Shown in pieces: positions 12,301 to 25,132 of a DNA stretch of 64,000 nucleotides; position 1 is the first letter of the stretch; each line of letters begins with the position of its first letter. The stretch comes from Anaeramoeba ignava BMAN (lineage: Eukaryota; Protista; Anaeramoebae): the NCBI GenBank assembly GCA_028826165.1, contig JAPDFW010000077.1, positions 345,258-409,257 of the forward strand, written 5' to 3'. A program made the position numbers and the translations under genes. The notes beneath the pieces are model-generated. The model searched no databases. It saw nothing but the letters and a program-made list of their open reading frames with translations, and had not been told where the DNA came from.

Positions 12301-15300
12301 AATTAAAGATAATGAAATAGAAATTAAAAAAGAAATTAAAAAAGAAATTAAAAAAGAAATTAAAAAAGAAATTAAAAAAGAAATTAAAAAAGAAGATGAA
12401 ATGGAAATTAAAAAAGAAGATGAAATTAATGATAATGAAATAGAAAAAGAAAAAGAAATTAAAGAACAAAGTTTATTTGAAATCTTTGATTCCCAATTAG
12501 ACAAAAGAACTCTTGATTCAAATGAATTCATAATCCTCAATATAATTATGTTAGAATGGATTTTGAAAAATACCCAATCCTTCCTTAATAAATTTTATGG
12601 TGAAGAATTCAAGAAAAAATTCGGATCTCAAAATACAAAAATGGAATTACTAAAAGAACTTTCTACCAAATTGAAAAACCCAAAAGAACAAAATGAAACA
12701 ATGAAACAAATTGCCGAAATTTTCCAAAAAACATCCTTTTCAATACATGAAATTATTCACACAGGAATTATTGAAAATTTAATTGAGTATTTAACAAACA
12801 ATTTATGGAATCACCAAAAATTAATGAATATTCAAAAAGAAACAAAGGAAAATATTTCAGAAAATGAATTTGAATGGCATCAAGAACTAATCAAAAATGT
12901 GAAGAATTTTTATAAACATTTCTTCTCAAAAATTGATGATCAAAAAGAATATCCAGCAAATCAAATCATGAATGATTTACACGAAGTTTTGAATAAAGTA
13001 GAAGATTTCAATATTGAATCAAGACCTGAAATCAACTTAACAAATGTGTGCCAATCATTTAGACTTTTCTTTCAATTATCATCAGAAGAATATACATTGA
13101 AAAAATACAACAAAAGCGAAATTTCACTTAATTCAACAATAACACCAAGTATTCTTGAAAAATATATTTGGGAAAATACAAAATTGCCAATTGATGATAC
13201 AATGAGTATTATTGATAAGGAAATTGCTGGAGAACAAGAAAACAGAAAACAAGTTGTTCATGAGATTTTTCTTGATAGTTTGGAGAATAATGAATATCAT
13301 TATTTCAAACCAGAAAAATTTCTTGTTTATAATAATATTAAAACAAGTTTAGATATAATTAATAATTTATTAAGAGAAAAAGAGAAAAAGGAATCAGATC
13401 AAACAAATGAAAATCAAAATAAAAGCCAAGATCAAGATCAAATTTATGAAAATCCTTTTAAAATTGATTCCTTAGATCAAAATGAAATTGATACTCCAAA
13501 AGATTCAAAAAATTCTTTAAACAAACTTTTGGAGCATATTCGTAGTTTCAGAAAAGATGATGATGATGATAATGATAATGATAATTCTGGTCTTTTTGGA
13601 GATAGTGATCTTATTAATGAAGTTATAAGTGAATCACAAGAATTAGAATTTAATCGAGTTATAGAAGAAATTGAAAAACAAGAAAGAGAAGAAAAAGAAA
13701 GAGAAGAAAAAGAAAAAGAAGAAAAAGAAAAAGAAATGAAAATTGAAAATGAAAATCAAATTGAAATTGAAAATCAAATTGAAATTGAAATTAAAAATGA
13801 AATTGAAATTAAAAATGAAATTGAAAATCAAAATGAAAATCAAGATGAAATTAAAAATGAAATTGAAATTAAAAAAGAAGATCAAATTGAAAATCAAATT
13901 GAAATTGAAGATGATATGAAAATTGAAATTAAAAAAGATGATGAAATTGAAAATCAAATTGAAAATCAAGATGATATGAAAATTGAAGATGAAAAACAAA
14001 AAAAAGAACTTGAAGAAAAACAAAAAAAAGAACAAGAAGAAAAAGAAAAACGGGAAAAAGAAGAACAAGAAAAAAAAGAACTAGAAAAACAAGTTAAATT
14101 AGGTCGAATTTTTGAACAAAAACAAAAACTTTTTGTACATCTTAAAAATCACAAAAAGGAATTAGAAAATTCAGAAGAATCAAACAAATTTCATCCACTA
14201 GAAATGACATACTTTGGCAAAAAACTGAAAACAAACAAAAATTTAGTGAAACAAATATATAAAATTTGGAGAAATCAACTCGACAAAGAATTTGAATCTG
14301 AATCTTTTTGGGATCAAGTACATATGATTGAATACAAAAGAAAATTCCCACTTCCAACTGGATTAATATATTGTATGAAAATACAAGAAAATGATAACGG
14401 ATTAATTTCCGAAATACAAAACGAAATTCTTTCTGGTTTTTATGAGAATCAAGAAAAAGAAGAAAAAGAAGAAAAAGAAGAAAAAGAAGAAATAAAAGAA
14501 AATCAAGAAATACAAAAAGAAGAAAATTCACTTGATATTTTTTCAAAATCACAATTTCTTTTATTTTTAAAATCAAAACACTTGCAAAAATTCCTCCGAA
14601 AAGAGCTCAACACAGAAATCAAGACAACATTACTTCTGATAAAACTACTCGAAGCAATCAACAGAACATATCTGGAATTAACCACACACGAAGCAGAATA
14701 TGAAACAGAGCGATTTAGCACTTCAACACAGAACATAATTCAACAAAACGATTTTGTATCCTTAAGATTGACAGCAAAATTAGTGACCCAATTAGAGGAT
14801 TGCTTTGGCGTATATACAGGCGCAATCGGCAAATGGATACCATATTTACTCAAATCGCATTTTGGCTTTTTATTCCCTTTTGAAACAAGACTTCGTTATT
14901 TTCTTATGACAATCCCAGATTCGTTAAGAACTTTAATTGAATTTTCTTCGCATTTGGAAAGACACATTGAGAAGTTCCGAAACATTGATTTGGGAAGAAT
15001 TCCAAGATTCAAAGTTCGCGTCAGAAGAGACGCTCTTCTTGAATCAGCAATGGCTATAATGGAAATGCCACAAACACTGGGAAGATCTGAATTGGATATT
15101 GAATATTTTGATGAAATTGGTTTTGGATCAGGTCCTTCCCAAGAGTTTTTCCATTTAGTTTCACAAGAAATCCGAAAAAAGGAATTATACATTTGGCTCG
15201 ACCAATCAGAAGCAAAAAATGAGCCCAAAGAACCCTTATATGTTGAGTCTCCAAACGGATTGTTTCCCTGTCCTTTGGATGTCTCATTAGCCAATCTTGT

Positions 15301-16255
15301 CAAAAAAAATCAAGAAAAAATGCAATTGAATTCAAACCAGGATTCGCAAATTGAAAAAGAATCAGAAAATACACAAAATTTAGTTGCTGAAAAAACAAAA
15401 GAAATATTGAAATTCTTTAATTTTCTGGGTAAATTTATGGCTCGAGCAATTTATGACAACCGACTACTTAATCTTCCATTTTCACCAGTTTTCTTCAAAG
15501 CAATCATGAATAAAGAGCTGATTTTCAACGATTTGAAAACGATTGATCCTGAGTTTGCAAATTCCTTTTCAGGACTCATTGAATTATCAAGCAAATATTC
15601 ATCCACTAAAGATAAAACACTTAAATTTAAAGGAGTCGAGCTTTCGAGTCTTGAAATAAACTTTGTGCTTCCTGGCTATGACATCGAACTAAAACCGGGA
15701 GGAAAAGATATCATTGTTACACTTGACAATCTCGCTGAATATGTTCGGCTTGTTGTTGATATGAAGCTTGGAAAAGGAATTGAAGAGCAAATCAAATGGT
15801 TCCAAAAAGGATTCAATGAAATTTTGCAATTGAAAAGTTTACAAATTTTTTCGTTTGAAGAATTTGACATTTTAATAAATGGATGTGTTGAGAAATGGGA
15901 GCCAAAAATGCTGATGGAAAACATAATTTGCGAGCATGGATACACCAAATCAAGTGAGGTTGTTTTATATCTTTTGGAATTCATGTCAGAAATGAATGCA
16001 TTGGAACAAAGACAGTTCCTTCGTTTTGTCACTGGAAGTTCTTCTCTTCCTGTTGGTGGAATTGCAAAATTAGTTCCTCATCTTACTATTGTTAAACAAA
16101 GTACAAAACCTTTTGAAAATCCTGATGATTATTTACCTACTGTTATGACTTGCGCTAATTATTTGAAAATTCCAGTTTATTCTTCTAAATCCGTTTTAAA
16201 ACAAAAATTCACAATTGCTTTTTCTGAAGGTCAATCAAGTTTTCATCTTTCTTAA
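9339..16255 (+). CDS. TRIP12/Ufd4/UPL3-type ARM-repeat HECT E3 ubiquitin ligase, 5 exons
   Basis: Exons 9339-9519, 9645-9784, 10198-10417, 10673-10969 and 11094-16255 join in frame via GT-AG introns. N-terminal motifs ACRTLSNLMEALP and YIDLAE; HECT motifs FLFPFETR, EIGFGSGPSQEFF, FLRFVTGS, LPTVMTCANYLKIP (catalytic Cys) and terminal SFHLS. Confidence 0.93.
9800..10195 (+). repeat. Intronic hexamer repeat (AAAATT)n; similar tracts at 10425-10630 and 10985-11070
   Basis: Visible repeat within the inferred HECT introns. Confidence 0.9.
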
Positions 16256-16517
16256 AAAAATTTCTTTTTAAAATCAAAAATCAATCAAAAAGCAACAAAC
16301 AAAAAAACAAATATTATTTTTTTGATTCAAATTAATTTTTTATTTTTTGCCGTTTCAATTCTTTTTGAATCAAAAAAAAAAAACAAATTTTTTTTTTTTT
16401 TTTTTGGAATTAGGGAAAATCAAATCAAAAAGAAAAAAGAAGAGAAAAAGAAAGAAAAAGAAAGAAAAAGGAATTGAATTGAAAGAAATTGAATTTTGTT
16501 TGAATTTGAAACGACAG

Positions 16518-17979
<1,462 letters not shown>

Positions 17980-18084
17980 TTCTTTGTAAAAAAAAAAATG
18001 AAAAAATATTTTATTAATTTTTTTTTTTTTTCATTTTTTTTTTTTCATTTTTTTTTCATTTTTTTCTTTTTAAAATCTTTTAAA

Positions 18085-20454
18085 ATGAATGATATTTTTT
18101 ATTTTGGTGAAAATCATCTTCGTTTTGTTTTTCAAAATGAACCAAGACAAATAACAAAACCAATTCAACTTAAACTTCCAAATCAAAATCAAAATCAAAA
18201 TCAAAATGAAAATCAAAATCAAAATGAAAATCAAAATCAAAATCAAAATCAAAATCAAAATCAAAATCAAAATCAAAATCAAAATCAAAATCAAAATCAA
18301 AATCAAAATCAAAATCAAAATAAAAATCAAAATAAAAATCAAAATCAAAATGAAAATCAAAATGAAAATCAAAATCAAATTGAAAATCAAAATAAAAATC
18401 AAAATCAAAATAAAAATCAAAATAAAAATCAAAATCAAAATCAAAATCAAAATCAAATTGAAAATGAAAATCAAAATGAAAATCAAAATCAAAATCAAAA
18501 TCAAAATCAAAATCAAATTCAAAATCAAAATCAAATTGAAAATCAAAATCAAAATCAAAATCAAAATCAAAATCAAAATAAAAATCAAAATAAAAATCAA
18601 AATCAAAATCAAAATCAAAATCAAATTGAAAATGAAAATCAAAATCAAAATCAAAATCAAAATCAAAATCAAATTGAAAATGAAAATGAAAATCAAAATC
18701 AAAATCAAAATGAAAAACAAAATCAAAATCAAAATCAAAATCAAAATCAAAATCAAATTGAAAATGAAAATGAAAATGAAAATGAAAATGAAAAACAAAT
18801 TAAACAAATTGCATCAAGTTACTTGGGAACAATTTTCCTTTTTGAAAATGGAAAAGCAATTAAATATTTAAAAGATTCAAGTCAAAAACCTCATAAAATT
18901 GAAATTAAAAAAATTCAAAAAATCACAAGTAATTTCCAAAATGTAGCTATTTTAACAATAGAAGGAAATGTATTTGCAAAAGGAAGAAATGTTAATCCAA
19001 ATAATACAAATGAATTCATCAATATTTCATCATTAATTGAAGATATAAATGATAGAATAATTGAAGATATTATTTCTTCATACAATGCATTTTACTTATT
19101 AACTTTAAATCAAAATGCTTATGGAATTGGTTCAAATTATAATGGTCAACTTGGTTTTGATTCTGAAACACTTCCAAAAACAGAAAAACCAATTTTAATG
19201 ATGAAAAATGTTTCTAAAATATTTACAGGAATTGCTTCAATTCATGTTTTTCTTTTAAATTCAAATCAAGAATTATTTGGATGTGGTGATAACTATTATG
19301 GTCAACTTGGATTAAGAGAATCAGTGAGAGAATCAAGAAAAATCCAAAAATTAACTAAAATCCAAAATATTCCAAAAGGTAAAATAATTGATATTCAATG
19401 CGGCAGTGATCATTCAATAATGTTGATTGAAAATGAAGATGAAAATGAAAATGAAAATCCAAAAAGAAAACTTTATTCATGTGGAAAATATGGAGCTAAT
19501 GGACTTGGCAAAAATGAAAATACTTATGAATTTACTCAAATCAAATCATCTTTATTTGAAAATGATTATATTCTTGAAATTTCTTGTGGAAATTATCATA
19601 CTTTGATTTTAACATCCAATTCAAAATTAATAGGATTTGGAGGTAATTCTTGGAGTCAATTAGGAAATGGAGATACAAAAGATCAATCAATTCCAATTCA
19701 AATTGAACTTCCTAAATTAAGATTTAATGAAGATATTTCCAAGTATCATATTTATTGTGGGCATTGGAATAGTTCATTTCTTTATTATTCTCCCTTTCTT
19801 TCTTCTTTTTCCAATCTTGAAGAAGATTTGATAAAATTATTTAGAAAAAAAGAATTTTGTGATATTTCATTTAAAACAGAAGATGGAGAAATAATTGAAG
19901 CTCATAAATTAATATTAAAATATAGATTAAAAGATCAAAATCAAATTGAAAAACTTCAAGAAATTATTTCAAAAAAATCAATTAAAGAATCAAATCAAAT
20001 ATTTGAAATGATTTATTCAAACAATTCCAAAATAAATCCAAAATTATATTCAGAAATTAAAGAAATTATAAATTCAAATGAAAAAATTGAAGAAACAATT
20101 AAAAGAATTTATTTAAATGAAAATGAAAATGAAAAAGATTTTATAATTGAAAGAAAAGAAAAACAATATAAATTTCCTAAATTAATATTAATAATGAGAA
20201 GTGAATTATATCGAGGAATGTTTTTATCTGTAACAAATGATACTTCTAATAAAGTTACAGATTATAGTGAATTAAGTAATAAATCATTTCAATTATTTGA
20301 ATATTGGATTTATTCAAATCAAATTAAAGATGAAATTGAAATTACACAAGAAATTATTGAAGAAATTAAAATTGGGATTGATTATTTTCAATTAAATCAA
20401 ACATATCCAAATTTATTTGATTTATTAATTAACAAATTTAATAATCAAAATTAA
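18085..20454 (+). CDS. RCC1-repeat + tandem BTB-like protein, copy 1 (very long NQ tract, no CaaX)
   Basis: RCC1 motifs ([28 protein letters not shown]); BTB-like motifs FCDISF..EAHKLIL and [13 protein letters not shown]. Start placed at MNDIF by homology with the paralogues. Confidence 0.88.
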   Translation: MNDIFYFGENHLRFVFQNEPRQITKPIQLKLPNQNQNQNQNENQNQNENQNQNQNQNQNQNQNQNQNQNQNQNQNQNQNKNQNKNQNQNENQNENQNQIENQNKNQNQNKNQNKNQNQNQNQNQIENENQNENQNQNQNQNQNQIQNQNQIENQNQNQNQNQNQNKNQNKNQNQNQNQNQIENENQNQNQNQNQNQIENENENQNQNQNEKQNQNQNQNQNQNQIENENENENENEKQIKQIASSYLGTIFLFENGKAIKYLKDSSQKPHKIEIKKIQKITSNFQNVAILTIEGNVFAKGRNVNPNNTNEFINISSLIEDINDRIIEDIISSYNAFYLLTLNQNAYGIGSNYNGQLGFDSETLPKTEKPILMMKNVSKIFTGIASIHVFLLNSNQELFGCGDNYYGQLGLRESVRESRKIQKLTKIQNIPKGKIIDIQCGSDHSIMLIENEDENENENPKRKLYSCGKYGANGLGKNENTYEFTQIKSSLFENDYILEISCGNYHTLILTSNSKLIGFGGNSWSQLGNGDTKDQSIPIQIELPKLRFNEDISKYHIYCGHWNSSFLYYSPFLSSFSNLEEDLIKLFRKKEFCDISFKTEDGEIIEAHKLILKYRLKDQNQIEKLQEIISKKSIKESNQIFEMIYSNNSKINPKLYSEIKEIINSNEKIEETIKRIYLNENENEKDFIIERKEKQYKFPKLILIMRSELYRGMFLSVTNDTSNKVTDYSELSNKSFQLFEYWIYSNQIKDEIEITQEIIEEIKIGIDYFQLNQTYPNLFDLLINKFNNQN

Positions 20455-20760
20455 AATTAAAATTAAAATCAAAATTAAAATTAAAATTAAAATTAAAATT
20501 AAAATTAAAATTAAAATTAAAATTAAAATTAAAATTAAAATTAAAAATTAAAATTAAAATTAAAATTAAAATTAAAATTAAAATTAAAATCAAAATTAAA
20601 ATTAAAATTAAAATTAAAATCAAAATTAAAATCAAAATTAAAATTATAATTAAAATTAAAATTAAAATTATAATTAAATTTAAAATCAAAATTAAAATTA
20701 AAATTAAAATTAAAATCAAAATTAAATCAAAACTTAAATTTAAATTAAAATTAAAATTCA
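20455..20760 (+). repeat. Intergenic (AAAATT)n tract
   Basis: Visible repeat starting at the stop codon of copy 1. Confidence 0.9.
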
Positions 20761-20796
20761 TTTTTTTTCATTTTTTTCTTTTTAAAATTTTTTAAA

Positions 20797-22689
20797 ATGA
20801 ATGATATTTTTTATTTTGGTGAAAATCATCTTCGTTTTGTTTTTCAAAATGAACCAAGACAAATAACAAAACCAATTCAACTTAAACTTCCAAATCAAAA
20901 TCAAAATCAAAATCAAAATCAAAATCAAAATCAAAATCAAAATCAAAATCAAAATCAAAATCAAAATCAAAATGAAAATCAAAATGAAAATGAAAATCAA
21001 ATTCAAAATGAAAATGAAAAACAAATTAAACAAATTGCATCAAGTTACTTGGGAACAGTTTTCCTTTTTAAAAATGGAAAAGCAATTAAATATTTAAAAG
21101 ATTCAAGTCAAAAACCTCATAAAATTGAAATTAAAAAAATTCAAAAAATCACAAGTAATTTCCAAAACGAAGCTATTTTAACAAAAGAAGGAAATGTATT
21201 TGCAAAAGGAAAAGATATTAATCCAAATAATACAAATGAATTCATCAATATTTCATCATTAATTGAAGATATAAATGATAGAATAATTGAAGATATTGTT
21301 TCTGGATATAGTGTCTTTTACTTATTAACTTCAAATCAAAATGCTTATGGAATTGGTTCAAATAATTATGACCAACTTGGATTTGATTCTATAACACTTT
21401 ATAAAACAGAAAAACCAATTTTAATGATGAAAAATGTTTCTAAAATATTTACAGGAATTACTTCAAATAATGTTTTTCTTTTAAATTCAAATCAAGAATT
21501 ATTTGGATGTGGTGATAATAGATTTGGCCAACTTGGATTAGGAGAATCAACAAGAGAAGCAAAAATCCCAAGATTAACCCAAATCCAAAATATTCCAAAA
21601 GGCAAAATAATTGATATTCAATCTGGGCTTGATCATTCAATAATGTTGATTGAAAATTTAGATGAAACTCAATATCAATATCAAAATCCAAAAAGAAAAC
21701 TTTATTCATGTGGAAAATATGAAGTTAATGGACTTGGCAAAGATGAAAATACTTATAAATTTACTGAAATCAAATCATTTTTATTTGAAAATGATTATAT
21801 TCTTGAAATTTCTGTTGGAAATAATCAAACTTTGATTTTAACATCCAATAATAAGTTGATAGGATTTGGAGACAATTCTTGGAGTCAATTAGGAACTGGA
21901 AATACAAAAGATAAAATTCCAATTCAAATCGAACTTCCTAAATTAAGATTTAATGAAAATATTTCTAATTATCATATTTATTGTGGGCATTGGAATAGTT
22001 CATTTCTTTATTATTCTCCTCCTTATTTTTCCAATCTTGAAGAAGATTTGATAAAATTATTTAGAAGAAAAGAATTTTGTAATATTTCATTTAAAACAGA
22101 AAATGGAGAAATAATTGAAGCTCATAAATTAATATTAAAATATAGATTAAATCAAGATCAAAATCAAATTGAAAAACTTCAAGAAATTATTTCAAATAAA
22201 TCAATTAAAGAATCAAATCAAATATTTGAAATGATTTATTCAAACAGAATAATAAATCCAAAATTATACTTTGAAATTAAAGAAATTATAAATTCCAATG
22301 AAAAAATTGAAGAAACAATGAAAAGAATTTATTTAAATGAAAATGAAAAAGATTTTATTATTGAAAGAAAAGAAAAACAATATAAATTTCCAAAATTAAT
22401 ATTAATAATGAGAAGTGAATTATATCGAGGAATGTTTTTATCTGTAACAGAAGATACTTCTAATAAAGTTACAGATTATAGTGAATTAAGTAATAAATCA
22501 TTTCAAATATTTGAATATTGGATTTATTCAAATCAAATTAAAGAAGGAATTCAAATTACAGAGCAAATAATTAATGAATTAGAAAGAGGAATTGATTATT
22601 TTCAATTAAATCAAACAAATCCAAATTTATTTGATTTATTAATCAACAAATTTAATAATCAAAAAAAAGAAAAATGTTTAATTTTTTAA
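20797..22689 (+). CDS. RCC1-BTB-BTB protein, copy 2, C-terminal CaaX (KKEKCLIF)
   Basis: Intact 630-aa ORF, close paralogue of copy 1. Confidence 0.9.
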   Translation: MNDIFYFGENHLRFVFQNEPRQITKPIQLKLPNQNQNQNQNQNQNQNQNQNQNQNQNQNENQNENENQIQNENEKQIKQIASSYLGTVFLFKNGKAIKYLKDSSQKPHKIEIKKIQKITSNFQNEAILTKEGNVFAKGKDINPNNTNEFINISSLIEDINDRIIEDIVSGYSVFYLLTSNQNAYGIGSNNYDQLGFDSITLYKTEKPILMMKNVSKIFTGITSNNVFLLNSNQELFGCGDNRFGQLGLGESTREAKIPRLTQIQNIPKGKIIDIQSGLDHSIMLIENLDETQYQYQNPKRKLYSCGKYEVNGLGKDENTYKFTEIKSFLFENDYILEISVGNNQTLILTSNNKLIGFGDNSWSQLGTGNTKDKIPIQIELPKLRFNENISNYHIYCGHWNSSFLYYSPPYFSNLEEDLIKLFRRKEFCNISFKTENGEIIEAHKLILKYRLNQDQNQIEKLQEIISNKSIKESNQIFEMIYSNRIINPKLYFEIKEIINSNEKIEETMKRIYLNENEKDFIIERKEKQYKFPKLILIMRSELYRGMFLSVTEDTSNKVTDYSELSNKSFQIFEYWIYSNQIKEGIQITEQIINELERGIDYFQLNQTNPNLFDLLINKFNNQKKEKCLIF

Positions 22690-22981
22690 AATCAAAATTA
22701 AAAATTATGAATGAAATTGAAAGAGGAATTGATTATTTAATTTGATTTATTTTATTTTATTAATTAAATAAAATAAAAGTGGAATAATAAATAAAAAGGG
22801 GAAAATTATTTTTTATTTAAAAAAAAGATTGGCAAATAAAAATAAATTTCTATCCACTTTTTTATTTATTAATTTTCCTTTTTTTTATTTTCATTTTTTT
22901 TTACACAAAAACAAACAAAGAAACATTTGTTTTTGCTTTAACAAAACACAACACAATAAAACACAATAAAACACAACAAAA

Positions 22982-24505
22982 ATGAAAAACAAATTAATTA
23001 AATTAATTACAGTATTTTTAATTATTTTTTTAGTTACAAATCAAAAAGAAAAAAAAGAGGAAAAAGGAAAAAACGAACAAAATCAAAATCAAAATCAAAA
23101 TCAAAATCAAAATCAAAATCAAAATCAAAATCAAAATCAAAATCAAAATCAAAATCAAAATCAAATTCAAAATCAAAATCAAAATCAAAAAAAAGAAGAG
23201 CAAACAACAATTTCAGAAATTCAAGAAAGTTGGGAATTTCAACAAAGGATTTATTCCAATATCACATGGGAATATGAATGGTTTGGAATTAGTACATCAA
23301 TAAGTGGGAATACAATAGCAATAGGAGCATCAGGAGATCCAAATTCAGATTATCAAATATATGGAACAGCATTTCTTTTTGAAAAAGAAAATAACGAATG
23401 GAAACAAGTAAAACAATTAGAAATTAGTGATGGACAACTTAATGATAGATATGGATATTCGATTGATATTTCAAATGATATTATTGTAGTTGGAGCTCCT
23501 TATGCCGATGTGAATGGGAAAATCAATCAAGGAAAAAGTTATGTTTTTATCAAAAATGGAAATGATTGGAATTTAACTTCATCAATAACACCACTAAATG
23601 AACAATCATATCAATATTTTGGAGCAAGTGTTTCTGCTACAGAAAGAATAATTGCTGTTGGTTCTCCTCTATTTGATGTTTATATAAACAATAACGAAGG
23701 AGCTGTTTATATTTTCAAAGGAAATGAAGATGGAACTTCTTGGAATCAAGACCAACAAATTACAGCAAGTGATGGTTTAACTCTGGCTCGATTTGGAACT
23801 AGTGTTGTTCTTTCAAATGATGGTTTATTTCTTTTTATTGGAGCTTCTAATGCATCAGCAGATGGATGGTTTGAGCATGGAAGAGTATATATTTACAAAA
23901 ATGATGGAAATCAATTTAATTTTTATCAATCTTTCACTTCTAATGATTCAACTTATGCTTATAATGATCGTTTTGGAAAATCTATTGCAGTATCAGAAAA
24001 TTATACTTGGATTGTTGTTGGTGCTTATCAAGCTGATCATAACTGGAATGATTATGAAGGAAAAGCTTATGTTTTCAAATCAAATGGAAGTTATTGGAAT
24101 CAAGAACAAATTTTGACAGCTCCTGATCCTCAATATCATGGATATTTTGGATACAGTGTTTCTATTTCAGGTGATAATATTCTTATTGGTGAAAGTGGTT
24201 ATGATAATTATAAAGGAAGAGCTCATTTATTTAATTATAATGGAAATTCTTGGATTCATCAATCTCAATTATTTTCTAATAACTCAACAAGTAGTTATGA
24301 TTTTGGATGGTCTGTTTCAATTTTAGGGAATATTTCTGTTGTTGGTTCTATAGGAGACAATGTGAATTATTATTTTGATGGATCTGCTTATGTTTTTGAA
24401 TTTACTTTACATGAAGTTAATTCAGCAAATTCAAATTCAAATTCCAAAAAAGTTATCATTATTTCAATAATTTTCCAATTATTGTTATTTTGGGAATTAT
24501 TTTAA
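22982..24505 (+). CDS. FG-GAP repeat beta-propeller surface protein, copy 1 (no FN3 stalk; hydrophobic C-terminus)
   Basis: Signal peptide, NQ tract, seven FG..GA(P) repeats; ends VIIISIIFQLLLFWELF. Confidence 0.88.
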   Translation: MKNKLIKLITVFLIIFLVTNQKEKKEEKGKNEQNQNQNQNQNQNQNQNQNQNQNQNQNQNQIQNQNQNQKKEEQTTISEIQESWEFQQRIYSNITWEYEWFGISTSISGNTIAIGASGDPNSDYQIYGTAFLFEKENNEWKQVKQLEISDGQLNDRYGYSIDISNDIIVVGAPYADVNGKINQGKSYVFIKNGNDWNLTSSITPLNEQSYQYFGASVSATERIIAVGSPLFDVYINNNEGAVYIFKGNEDGTSWNQDQQITASDGLTLARFGTSVVLSNDGLFLFIGASNASADGWFEHGRVYIYKNDGNQFNFYQSFTSNDSTYAYNDRFGKSIAVSENYTWIVVGAYQADHNWNDYEGKAYVFKSNGSYWNQEQILTAPDPQYHGYFGYSVSISGDNILIGESGYDNYKGRAHLFNYNGNSWIHQSQLFSNNSTSSYDFGWSVSILGNISVVGSIGDNVNYYFDGSAYVFEFTLHEVNSANSNSNSKKVIIISIIFQLLLFWELF

Positions 24506-25132
24506 TAATTTTCTTCATTAAAAAAGAAAAAGAAGAAAAACAAATCAAATAATAATAATTCAGAAGTTTCAATGAATGAATCATTATTGAAATAATTCCA
24601 AAAATTCAAAAATCCAAAAATTCAAAAATCATTTCCAAATTCTTTTTTTTTTTCAAATTTCAAATAAAAAAAACAAAATTAATAATTAAAAAAATTGTTT
24701 TAAAATCATTTTTTTTTGGATAATATTTAATTTGATTATAATTGAATTATTTTCATTTATTTCTTTTATTTTTTTTTATTTTTTTTTATTTTTATTTAAA
24801 AAAAAAAGTGGAATAAAAAAATTTTAATTAAATTTAAAATAAAATTAAAAAGTGGAATAAATTAAATTAATAAAAAAAAAATGAAATAAATAACAAAAAG
24901 GAGAAAAAAATAAAAATAAAATTCTTTTTTTTCTTTTCTTTTTTAAATTAAAAAAATTTCCATTTTTTTTTATTTTTTTTTTTCATTTTTCTTTTTTTAT
25001 TCATTTTTTTTTTACATTATCAAAAAAAAAAAAAAATTTTATATTATCTTTTTATTTTGCTTTTTTTCTTTTATTTTCAAATAACAAATAAAAAATAACA
25101 CAAAATACAAAATAAAAACAATATAAAATAAA

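Noticed and set aside
11700-14560. Intein or mobile insertion in the HECT ligase (also considered for the USP insertion)
   Set aside because: The insertions are E/K/I/N/Q low-complexity or coiled-coil sequence with no Hint-domain or LAGLIDADG motifs visible.
17998-18084. ORF-track upstream starts at 17998, 45738, 50094 and 58935
   Set aside because: They add Phe-rich translations of the T-rich promoter region; paralogue alignment and start context favour the downstream ATGs.
18085-22689. Diversity-generating retroelement behind the hypervariable loops
   Set aside because: No reverse transcriptase or template repeat is seen, and the differences are spread over all blades and involve all four bases.
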